Shown: positions 24,392 through 36,129, counted from the whole stretch's first letter. The stretch is DNA of 44,928 nt, filler included, from Streblomastix strix (GCA_008636045.1; 2 parts of 2 records of this genome joined end to end with filler, not necessarily neighbours in it), one strand, 5' to 3'. The notes: a model not told the origin generated them from the sequence alone. A program made the numbers and translations.

Positions 24392-27300
24392 ATGCCATAC
24401 TTAAAGAAAAGCGAAATCATCAAATAATTAGGTTCAAATGTTAAAAGCAAATTAAAAAAAAATTAACTAAAACAATTGCTCGACCAATAACTAGATTCTT
24501 TTAATATCCCCAAACGTAGAAAGAATAATTTTAATACACTAAATAAATTCATTAATGCCCAAAATAAACGAATTGAACAGGAGCAAGAAATCCAAAGGTG
24601 TTTTCTCAATGAGACAAAATAATTTACTAAGCCAGTTAATTTCTAAGAGACAAAAAAAAAGCTTTCGTTTTACCATAGCTTTATATTGACATGATATAGA
24701 ATGAAGAGATTAGCGATAAAATTAATAAATATAGTAATGAATAGGTCAATGAAATATAAAATGATTTCTCTGACACTTTACTTTATTTCTAACCTGTTGA
24801 TATTGATAAATTTATCGAAACAGCTGATAGAGCAAGTTAAGACTATTAGTTTTAGAAAGACATAGATGGAGATATTAGCAGCACATATTATAATAATTTG
24901 ATTTATTATTTAGAAGAGATAAATAAATTTATTGACTCAGTATATGAAAAACAGAATCATAAACCATTTAAAATTACCTTTGATTTTGGAGTTATTTATG
25001 AGGAGCAAAACACGGACAAAAATGGGCATTTATCAACACCATATGATTATATTTTACCCCATGAAGCAAGAACATAAAAGCATATTCCCAAATCGATAAT
25101 CACAGAACAAGATATCGATTAATACAAAGAATACATTAAATCTGAAATAATAGAGATGCAGAACTTTAATTTGGATAGTACAAAACAGCGATTTATTTCC
25201 ATTTATTCGATGATGATTAAAACGTTTACCCTTCACCAGTTTCGCATAGGCAGTAACATCGTGGAACTGATAGACTTTCATCTGTTGGGCCATAAGAACT
25301 ATTTGAGTATGATAAGATGCAAATATAATATATGCTCGTTTAAGCTTACAATTTATTTAAATAACCTGATATAAGTGATAAAAGAATCAGAGAACATTCA
25401 CGTGAACACATGACAAAGGAGTATATGATGAAATATTATAAAATATCCACTGAAAAGCAATTATAAAATTGGCTTTAAGATTATCGAGGATTCGATATTG
25501 GTTCAGAGATTGATAAGTTCATTAAAGATGAAAAAATTAATATAAATATATGATTATGATACTTAGCTAAAAATATATTATCAATCAAAGGCATATAAAT
25601 TTAATAAAGAAGCACAGGATGAATCTAGCGATGAATCCGAAAATGAACCTGTCAGCTTTCCCGAGTTTAACTTATTAATTTCCTTGTTTGAATAAATGGA
25701 AACCCATGCCTTTTATATCTCGAATAAAGAAACCTTAACTGGATTAAGATTTTGCCCCTTCTGTAAATCAAAAGTATTCGACCCTAAAGAGCATCATTTC
25801 GTAGAACAATATGAGAAGCACATCAAGAAATGCGAAATTAACGAAGGAAAGATAATAAAGGAGGTTAAACTGGAAGCCGTTCAAAGGCCATTTTGTCCGC
25901 ATATAATGCAGAACGAAACATACTAATTTCTGTTAGCAAATAATAGAGAGAACGAATTTAAACCCACGAGCTACTATATCATTTATGATTTTGAAACAAT
26001 GGAGAAAGTAATCAATAAACATTTTGGCAAATCAAGCATACAGATTTCATAATTGGTACCCATTTCTGTGGCCTCAACAATTAAAAATAAATAAGATATA
26101 AAAACGATTTATTTTGACTTGAAAAATTGTGCAGATTTTATTAATTAATGGCTCAAATAAATATTCAAAGAAACGAAATTAATATAAATTGATGATCTTT
26201 ATAAACATTCACATATACCATATGACGTTGAAGTTCCCATCGTTGGATTCAATAGCACGAAGTTCGATTTTGCATTAATATTTAAAAATCTTTAATCGTA
26301 AGACTGGGAAATTAAAAGATATATTGGCAGTTCATCATAAGCTAAATCTTTCATTGTCTTACATAAGCATTCATAAATCAAATTGACTTTCTGCGATATT
26401 ATGGTCTATGTTCAAGCGATGACATTGAAGGAATATGCAAAAAATTTCTCTATATAGGCAGGCGATTAGACGAAGGCAGCGCAAGCCAAGGGTATGTTCC
26501 CATATGAATATATTAACACTGATAATTTTAATGATGTTCTCAATAGTAGCGAGCCATTCCTCCAAGAGGCCTTCAATTCAACATTAAAGAACTCATCAAT
26601 GAGCGAAGACGAATATAAAATTTATTTAGGGGATGCAAAATAATTTAAAAATAGATGGGAATATCTACAGTATTATAACGAGCATATTACAAAAATTATG
26701 ATAGTACCAATAGATAATTTAATATAAATGAATCTGGAGTATAAAATTGATATGTTTAGCTTTATGTATATGGGCGCATTTGCAAACGCTATCAAATATG
26801 CATTAGCTTATAAAAACTTTTATATAAATGCTAATTATCCCCCTATTATTGACAACTCTTATAAGTTCGTTTTATATCCCTCTTATTGGAAGTATAAAGT
26901 AAATGGTTATAGATTCCAAGACCAAATTAAAAAGCGTGATTATTCAAATAACGTATCAGTTAATGACTTCGAATGTTTTAAGCAATTACTCGAATCCTCT
27001 GTTTGCGCCATTTGCGGCGAAAAATTTACAGTGAATAATAAGCCAACACTCGATCGAATCAATAATAATTTTTCGCTTATTAAAGGTAATGTATAACCGT
27101 GCTGCCTCTATTGCAATAAATACTGTTCAAATAAAGATAAAAATATCAGCTGATTATTTATTTAACTTCGCAGGTATTGCATGCTGAATTGTCTCCTCAC
27201 CAATTTAACTAATATTGAAGATTATAAACTGATCCGTAATGGAATAACTGGCGGCTTATCTGATGTAATGCAAAGAGAAAATATAGCTTTAAAAGACGCA

Positions 27301-28740
27301 ATAAAATAATTCAATTATGATTCCATTAATAAGAAAGTTCATGTTCAAACGTCATCTAATATAATTTCTCATATCGTCGGTGTAGATTTCAATTCCTTAT
27401 ATTCAAGCGTTATTTCATCCGAGCAGCATAAATTTATAAAATATACTTGAGGAAAAATGTACATGGCAGAAAGCATATAGGGAAGAACAGAAGATAAACA
27501 AAAGGTAATGGACATAATAGGGGGAAGAGATTAATTATTCATCGCAGAAATTAAGGGGCATATAGACGAAAAATATATTAATGATTTTATTAATTTCCCA
27601 CCTATTTTAAGAAACTATACATTTACAACTAATGAGGAAACCATTGGGTCCTATATTTATAATCATTTGAAAAATAATGGAATTAAAACAGATAAAAAAT
27701 AAAGAAAATTGACCAATTTATTATCGACGAGCGGTGGAACCGCTGGCCCTAAAGGGCTGGACGAATTTATGTCCTTCAGCTCGTACTATTTATGGTTCTT
27801 GATTGATGACTGCCATTTTATTGTTGATGATGTAAAACAATTAATTTTATTTAATAAGCATGATTGATTAAATCCATTCGTAAAGTAATTCATAAGCAAG
27901 AGAATAAAGGCAAAAATTTAAGCAAATAAAGGACTAGAATTATTTTGTAAAATAACGATGAACTCGTCATATAGTTCCGATGGAATGAACACAGAGATAT
28001 ATACAGAGATAAAAATACATGATAAGAAAGGAGCATTAAATTCTCATTTATCGAATACTTTTATGGATGAGCAATAATTGTCTGATAATGCATACGCTGT
28101 ATAATTAAACCCTGAGACCTGCACATGTAAGACCCCAATTTAGGAAGCGTATTTTGTGTAGGATAATGCCAAATATCATTACGTAAATTTCATATATAAT
28201 TTTATGCATAAAGCTTTTGATATGACGAAACTCCACTTCGTGGAAGGCGATACTGATTCGGCTTATTGGGCTATTTCAGGAAACGCTGACGCAGGATATT
28301 TATATTAATTTAACTATGCATTTAAAGATAAATAATTTTATGATGAAAATGCAAAATATTATTTTCCAACAATTGAAGGGGATTTATTAGACGAGAAGAA
28401 AATATTAGGTTTAGCTATCGAAAATTAAGGAACCGAAATAATAGCATTAGCTCCTAAGAATTATTATATAAAAGTTGGTGAAAAGGAAAAGATAAAATTG
28501 AAAGGTAAATCATAAAGCACAGATCATATTACAAAATAGAATATCATCAATAATATATATAGTGGAACGATAACAAAAGCGATAAATATGAGACTAGAGC
28601 AAAAAAATTATATTATGTCAAAAATAGCTATACAAAAGAACAGAATCACTGATATCCACATTAAGGCTATAGAATTAATGGATTAAAGTTCTTGTCCTTA
28701 TATTCACCGATTAAAAGATAGAGATTACTTTATTGATTGA
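24392..28740 (+). pseudogene. polB: Full-length protein-primed family B DNA polymerase (Polinton type), disrupted
   Basis: ExoI YIIYDFETME, ExoII VGFNSTKFDF, KGMFPYEY, IRNGITGGLS, motif A GVDFNSLYSS, motif B CKITMNSSY, motif C EGDTDS, and APKNYY. Ends with TGA at 28738-28740. In-frame TGAs at 27151, ~27448 and ~27865, plus N-terminal frameshifts. Confidence 0.95.
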
Positions 28741-28907
28741 ATGAGTAGAGTCTAATTTAGGAACAACCCCTCCTAAAAGTCTAGGGAATTAAATTAGCCC
28801 TAAGAATATTTTTGGCTTTAAAGCTGTCGAGCCATTCTGGCCAAACCCATCTAAATATATCAACAATGGGTCCGCTGCGAACGCAGCTTACCAAAAAATA
28901 AAACTTT

Positions 28908-29479
28908 TCAAAATGGAATATCGTATAATTTCTTAAATTTATTAAGATAAGTTGAACGTTATTTATTGCATGTATCATACACTTTAATATATAATGAACC
29001 AGTTCGTTTATCTTCATTTATATGAAGCTATTTATACTTTAGGCCGTTGTAGCAATAAAAGCTGCCGTTATCGAAATATAAAAATTCAAATTCATTTTGC
29101 CCATATTTATTAAAAACAATTGCATCATCTGATAACTTATCTATATTATTATATCATATTTCGCCATAGTGTGATTTATTTTTTAAATTTTCTGAATTGG
29201 ATATCCATCTCAAATTATCTAAACTGTTATTTAAAGGATTATGGTCCCAATGGTCAATATATAGTAAATTACCAGGATTAAGAATGAATTATTAAGCTAA
29301 TAATCAATGAAATAATTATTTTTTCCGTTTAAATTAATTAGATTGTACCCAGTATTTTCTTTAAATAATTTTGGGATAAATTGGTCACTTTTTCGGCGAA
29401 TTACAAAAGGCTCATCTTTCATAATTTCAAATTCGTTATCAATAAAAATTATTTCCCAATCGTTTAATTCTTATGACAT
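28908..29479 (-). pseudogene. HNH endonuclease
   Basis: MSQELNDWEII...LNG/LFH*LLAQQFILNPGNLLYIDHWDHNPLNNSLDNLRWISNSEN; paralogous to 6571-7131. Confidence 0.85.
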
Positions 29480-29509
29480 ATTTTTATACCGCTAAAAAAA
29501 ATAAAAAAA

Positions 29510-30582
29510 AAAGTTGTTCTTAAATCCTTTATTGATTTATTGCATTAACGGGTACGTGGGAATCCCCACGGACTGGATTTCATAAAGACCGAGCCACTTG
29601 TTCGGGACTACAAATTCATATTTGTTAAGTGTGTTATATAATAATTACAATTCTTCAAAATCTAAACCTTATATACTATTTTCCTCGTAAATTTGTTTTA
29701 AATCACTCACGCCCAGATTAACACCTAAACAAATGACATGCGATAATATCCTCGCAGTCTTAAATAAATAACTGGGCCGTTAAGCTGCAAAAAATATTGT
29801 ACTCTTTGAATGTCTTGAATCACTAATCTTGAGCGTTAATGTTTTAGATAATGACGAACTAAAACGTTATATATCAGCATTTGAGCCAATATTATCAAAT
29901 AACATTATCGTATTCAATAGCTGAGCATCTTTTTGAATAGGAATTTTTAACAATTTTATATTTGCTATTTATTTATCGTTAGTAACTTTCAATTTCTTTT
30001 GAAACGAAACATTTTAAATAAGGGGGCGGAATTTTAAATCGAAGTATTTCAAAAGTTATGAATATTTATTAACGGTCTCGATTATTGTCGATTAAAATAA
30101 TTCGGCAATTTTTTCGATATATTTATCTGGTTTGTCTTCCCTTTTTATTGGATTTGCTTCTATTATTTTCTCTTTCATTCGTTTAAAAAAATCGCTATTG
30201 TAATCAAAATTTTGTTCCTTTAGCTTATAATAAATATATATTTCTTTTGTTGAATATTTAATCTCATCAAATTCAGGCAAAAAAACCATAGCTTCGCCAT
30301 ATGTTATATTCACGATTTATATATTTTTGCTGTTCAAATTTAGCATCATTGTTTCATCCGCTCCAAAATTAGAGAAATAAATTATGTATGGGTCAATAAT
30401 TTTTTTATACGTAAAAATCAGCTTGGACATAAGCGTTGTTTTACCTGAGCCAATAGCTCCAACAATATAATGGTTACTGTTGATGAAGAACAATGAATTT
30501 TTCGTAAGTGGCCGCGTTTTGTATTCGTTTAATAAATCTTGGTTCGCGTAATATATATATTTTGTAAATCTGAAAGTGTCAT
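29510..30582 (-). CDS. A32/FtsK-like genome-packaging ATPase
   Basis: Walker A YIVGAIGSGKTT, Walker B-like IMLFDN, Arg finger DSRH and sensor TIFFAAQ. May be frameshifted near the start and in the middle. Confidence 0.88.
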
Positions 30583-30822
30583 TTTTACAAGGATAAAATA
30601 TTTCAAAAATTCCAATGGAATAACATTTTGAATTTGATTATGACCATCATGAACTATATATTTTATTACATAAATTTCGTTTTATCTATCCTATCTATAA
30701 CCTTCCCTGATAAATTAACGGATACAGTTAATTTAGTCAAATAATTATGGGTATATTTGGATATAGTATTGGAACCCTTGAATATTACAATTTATATAAT
30801 AAAATTTTTTTATAGAAGAAAA

Positions 30823-31401
30823 ATGGATAAGAAAGAGAAGGTCATTCATTGGAGCAAACTAATGACAAAATAAATAGAATAATATTTATAGGATGCTATA
30901 CAATAAAAGGATGCCGAATTAGCTGTGCATTTCTGTTATATTTTATATTTGATATTACTGAATTCTCCACTGATAAATAATAAGTTTGATTTTAGTATTT
31001 TTGATTTTTTTATCTTATATAAAACGACTAATCAATTTGAGAAACTCGAATTTTAATTAAGTCAAGACCAAGTTAAGATAGATGGACAACTAATAGAGCA
31101 AATCAACAGAATATAATCAAATGAACTCCGCTTATGGAACTTGTAATTTTATCAATTAACCAAAGCCAAAAATAGCGATTATACATATTATAGAAAATTA
31201 AAATAGTATGTGAAATATAACGAAAAATATATATTTGTTAATGATATAAATAATATTAAATAGAAAATAAGCATAAAACAAATCATATAATCGAATCATA
31301 AAAGGAAACCAATCAACGAAACCATTAACGGATACAGCCTCGAAGAGGCCAGCCAAAGGCTCAACGAAACCAAAACTGAAGAAGAATAATGCGGGATATG
31401 A
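30823..31401 (+). CDS. Hypothetical viral protein (~192 aa, code 6)
   Basis: Open from ATG to TGA: MDKKEKVIHWSKLMTKQIEQYLQDAIQQKDAELAVHFCYILY...GYSLEEASQRLNETKTEEEQCGI*. Confidence 0.55.
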
Positions 31402-31427
31402 AAAATATTTATTTTTATTTTATATAA

Positions 31428-31700
31428 ATGAACCAAATTTATTAATTAGCCACAAACATCGGCCTATCATATAATGCAAAAATTTATGAGATATTTGAAA
31501 TTTTTGAAACATTAATAGAACATAATAATCTGAATGAAGAGGAAAAATAAATCTATCAGTAATTCAATAACCATTTATACATTCATTGAGCCCGTAAATG
31601 ATAAAACCGATGAAATTATTAACTATTTACATTATTTAAATTTGCTTATGAAATTAAATTAAGCTGATAATAATTGACCAAGCTACTATTTTATGTGTCT
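31428..31700 (+). pseudogene. Small hypothetical viral protein
   Basis: MNQ/LQLATNIGLSYNAKIYEIFEIFETLIEHNNLNEEEK...; weakly similar to 16490-16703. Confidence 0.35.
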
Positions 31701-32109
31701 ATGATAAAATCAGTGTATATTTATTTTTCTGTTTCACTAGCTTCGGAAATTATATATTTTTTGATTTATAGGGGCTGGTTATTTTAATCCAATTTCTTTT
31801 TTATTTAATTGTACTTATTTTTAAAATATTTCTCTTGTTCATTAAATATTTTATTTTTATATTCTTCTTCATCGATATATTATTTTATGCTTTACAATTT
31901 ATTTTACAAATTTAGAAATTATTTATTTATCCTCTGTAATTCTTTCAAAAGTGGATGCATTGGTTCTTTATTTTCTTTGATAAGCATATTTTATAGGGCA
32001 TCAATTGCTACCCTTATTGTATCCTCATTTTCAAAATGACATTTAACAAGTTCATTAAAAAGATGCTTAATTGGTTGGCTCTTTATATATAAAAATAAAA
32101 TTATCCTTT

Positions 32110-34059
32110 TCATGTAAGAACTGACCCTAATGTTATTGGCTTTGCACGCCAATATATTTTTGGCCCATCGCTATAAAATCCCCCTTCTGTGCATATACTA
32201 TTTACACCCGATAATATCGGATTTCCTGCTGAATAATTAACTGACCCATTAGTTGCTCCAGTGCCAGCGATAACGGAACCTTTAAATGTTAATGTATTTC
32301 CATCGGCGGATATCACTAATCCTCTATTAGCATTATCAGCATCAGCATTTAAACAAATTTTTAATCCTAGGTTTGCATTAGATGTATAAATTTTCCACTA
32401 ATTTACAATAGTACCAGTTGTTGCTGTAGCACTAGTACCTAAATATATTCCACTATTTCCTTATGCTGCTGACCTTGCAATTCGTAATCCATATGCATAT
32501 CCAGTATTATATGCAGGATTAATTTAAAATGGTGCATTAGTTATTGTTTCAGTATTATATTATAAATTTGGCTATTAATCTTATTTTGTTGTGAAATCAC
32601 TTGGTAAAGTATCTATAATTTAATTAGTTAGCATATCAGAAACTACAGGAGACCCATATATTATTTGGGTTAATAAATCAATTCTTCCTTGATTACCTTA
32701 ATAATCTCCAACAGTCATCCATAATTCTCCATATTAATTTTCACCCGAACCATAATATAAAATTGTCGGCAATCTAAATGATGCATGATTTATTTATTAC
32801 AAGTAATGATATGTTATTGAATTAAATCCTGTAGTATCAAAACTAATATGTAATTTAAGCCCATTGAAACTACTCCTTGAATAAAATTTAAATTCCACAG
32901 TAGTATCTCCATAACTATTATAAGCTTAAAATCTATATAATTTTATATATTTTGCTGTAGCTCCAACATCTTTTGGAAAATTTTATGATTTGATACCGTT
33001 TAAGTTTGTTGTATCTCCATTAACGCATAATATTACCGTAGCCAATTCTCCCGTCTTAATAAATTTAGTCGCTGTAATGTTTCCGTCATATGCCAATAAT
33101 TGAGGATGAACATGTTCATTTCTACAGTAATAATCACTCATTCCATTAGCGGCAGCAGTAGCAATTACCAGTGGCACAATTGCCACAGTCGGATCAACAT
33201 TAAGAGGATGAGCATGATTTGACCTCGCACAATAATTAAAATTTCCAATATCTTCCCATGTACCTGTATCTTTTTGGGGTTAATTGGCTACATCTGGATC
33301 TGTGTTCAAAATATGCTAGTGGTCAGCTCTAGAGTATGCTGTTGATGTGCCCGCTACTCCTGTTCCCGTATCTCTAGATGGTATTTATTCGTTGACTTAT
33401 AGCGGATGCTAATGGTCCCCTCTGTTGTAATCATTTTAAATTCTAGCAACATCTGCGCCACTATCTGCCATTGGTGTATTATCACTAGCGGGAGAAACTT
33501 AATTAAAAACTACTTATCAGCTATTGTACTAATTAGTATCATACATCCATACGGTCCCACTCTCGGCACTGAATGCAAAATATCCCACTGCGGAATTTGA
33601 TATTGAAATTATACCTGCGTTCAATAAATAATATCCCCTAAAATGTTATTATCGATTAAACTCTTATTAAAAAGTTATTATGTCATTTTTTACACCAATA
33701 ATATCGCAATTAATCGATCCGACAGTAGATTATAATTAATTTACTTCGTTAATTAATTGAATAATTTAAGCGACGAAATCAAAATTTAGAACTTTTAAAT
33801 TCTTTATCGTCAACAGGTCATTAGGCTATATTTTTAATGCAAAATCTGATGCTTGGCGATCAATGATTTAAATATTGGCTGCAAAAACTAAAGCGTTATC
33901 TTTATCTATAAACAATTAATAATCTTTATTTTAAAGCATGCCGCCTGTTGAATTTCCTTCACGTTTCGAATACTGGATATAATAAGCTAAATAATTAGTG
34001 ATTAATTATCAAACTGTTCGAATTTACTATTATTAAAGAATTGGATTATTTTTTTGCAT
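32110..34059 (-). pseudogene. Fibre/receptor-binding-like protein with four RxxHxH repeats
   Basis: QQHFRGYYLLN..FAFSAESGTVWMY..YNRGDHQHP..YSRADHQHI..CARSNHAHP..YCRNEHVHP..YDGNITATKFIKTG..NRGLVISADGNTLTFKGSVIAGTGATNGSVNYSAGNPIL..GGFYSDGPKIYWRAKPITLGSVLT*. Confidence 0.75.
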
Positions 34060-34108
34060 TTTAATTTCGCAAAAATAAATTATTTAATGGAATACATAAA
34101 CGCAAACC

Positions 34109-34315
34109 TCAGCATTTACTTACAAGCCTATCAACGGCTCCCGCAAGATTAGCACTTGCCCCAATTGCTCCACCAGTGCCTGGATGAATCATTCCTACGG
34201 GGCCCGCTACCGTACTTAATACTTTATGGAGAGTTGGCGCTATCCACTGAGCAGCATGTTTTACTTCCCCTAAAATTTTCGACCCAAAATTTATAATTTT
34301 CGAAGAAAACCACAT
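34109..34315 (-). CDS. Small (68 aa) amphipathic viral protein
   Basis: Intact ORF ending in TGA: MWFSSKIINFGSKILGEVKHAAQWIAPTLHKVLSTVAGPVGMIHPGTGGAIGASANLAGAVDRLVSKC. Two homologues in element A. Confidence 0.8.
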   Translation of the reverse strand: MWFSSKIINFGSKILGEVKHAAQWIAPTLHKVLSTVAGPVGMIHPGTGGAIGASANLAGAVDRLVSKC

Positions 34316-34389
34316 ATTTAATAATTATATAAAAAATAAAATTCATTAAATAATTTTGTTCTTTATCAATTTATTTTTTACTTAATCTG

Positions 34390-35340
34390 CAACAAAAACG
34401 GATAAAATGTTAAATTTTAGTTTAAATCAAATATATAAAAAACTCCAATAATAAAGAGATTGAAGATAAAAATTAAAAAATCTATAAAGATCTCGATAAA
34501 AATGATAAAAATATAATTATAATCGAAGATGATGATGAAACTAGTGAAAATAAAAATGTTAATAATTAAGAAATAAATGATTAAAATATAAAAATTGAAA
34601 CATAATAATTATTTTAAACAGAAAAATCAAAAAATTAACAAAACAAAACTAATTAAACTTCTTCTAATTATAGACAATTGTTTAATCATACTTCGGTGAC
34701 CTCTCCAAAACATTTGCACTTTCCTAACGCATCTTAATCGTCGAACATCTCTGCTTCATTACCAGCTCAATTGATAGAAACTAGCTTAAATTATAATTAA
34801 AATAATAGAAACAATAAAAATTATAATAGCAAAGATAATAAAGACATCAATCAAAACAATAAACAGTAATTAAATAATAAATAAAATTAATAATAAATAA
34901 AGAAACAATAAAATAATAATAATTAAAATGATTAAGATCAATAATCAGAATCAGAAGAGGAATATGAATATTTAAATTCATTAATTATAAATAAATATTT
35001 ATAACAAAATAATAAAGATAATATTAACATTGATTGAAATAATTTATTTCAAAATGATTATTAAGTTTTTTAATAAGAATTAAATTAATATGAAAAAGAA
35101 ATATAAACAAACAAACTAATGATTAGAAATAAATCAATTCTGACAAAAAAAAGAAGAATAACAAAAATAAAAAATAGAAACAGAGTAATTACAATGATCA
35201 ATAAAATAAAATTAATTAATAAGATTAATAAAAAATAGTAACAATGAATATAAAACAAAATAATCTAATCATTGAAGATTAAAATAAGTAAAATGAATAA
35301 AATGACAAAACATAAAATAACATTTGGTTGAATATTTAAC
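34390..35340 (+). other. Low-complexity Asn/Gln/Lys-rich coding-like region (possible host exon or pseudogene)
   Basis: Code-6 frame FNHTSVTSPKHLHFPNASQSSNISASLPAQLIETSLNYNQNNRNNK...SESEEEYEY, with an internal TGA near 35035. Confidence 0.3.
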
Positions 35341-36129
35341 AACAACAAAATGTCTAAATATATTAAATAAGCATTAAATTAAAATTAAGGAAAAAAGATA
35401 AACTCAAACAAATATTGTAATAATTAAATATGGGAATGAGGAAAATTTTTAATAAAAATAACAAAATTGAAATATGTTTCGGAAAGGATTAAATTTTAAA
35501 AAATTTTTCAATTCTTTAAAAGAAATTAAATAATGTTATTTTTAAAATTTATTTAAAAAATTTATTTAATAAATTAATTTATTAAATTTATATTTGAATT
35601 TATGTTATGATATTTTCTTCAAATAATTTAACGTAATATAAATTAACCTAAGAAATGAAACCTGTAACAATTTTTTTAATTCTTCTATTTCTTCACCAAG
35701 AATTTTTTTTTAAATTCAAATTAAATTTTTTTATATATATTTCATATTTAATTTAAATTTAATTTTTTAAAAATAATAAAAAGAAACTTTTATTAAAAAT
35801 TATTGGTAAAAAATTTGTTTAATTTAGTAATAAAGTAAAATATTGATCATATCATAGAAAAAATTAAAATATTTAATATAAATTAATTTTTAATTTTCTG
35901 GCAAAATTGGCATTTTATTAGAAATTCTTGATTGTAATTTTTTAATAGCTTAATTAATTTTAAATTAAATTAAATAGTATTATTGAACATTATTTGTATC
36001 AAATATTATTGTTTTAAAAATTAAAATTGAAATTGTATTTTTTCAATTCCATACATTTAGCTTTTTTGAATAGCATACAAAAAAACCGAAATATAAATTT
36101 CTTTTAATTTAATTCTTATTGAAATATTT

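Larger units (their letters stand above)
22517..34330. mobile_element. Endogenous Polinton/Maverick-like virus, element B (left end cut by the linker)
   Basis: Contiguous intron-less pPolB, packaging ATPase, HNH, penton-like, fibre and small-protein genes. Confidence 0.92.

Noticed and set aside
6841..29306. TGA reassigned to Arg in viral genes
   Set aside because: TGA is the terminal stop of both viral and host genes, and the same genes also carry frameshifts, so decay is the simpler explanation.
16720..34059. Diversity-generating retroelement acting on the fibre genes
   Set aside because: No reverse transcriptase inside either element and no template/variable repeat pair with adenine-specific differences seen.
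3051..34330. Bacterial prophage or contaminant origin for the HNH and fibre genes
   Set aside because: The genes use the eukaryotic host's TAR=Gln code, sit with Polinton-type pPolB, integrase and ATPase, and are contiguous with spliced host genes.
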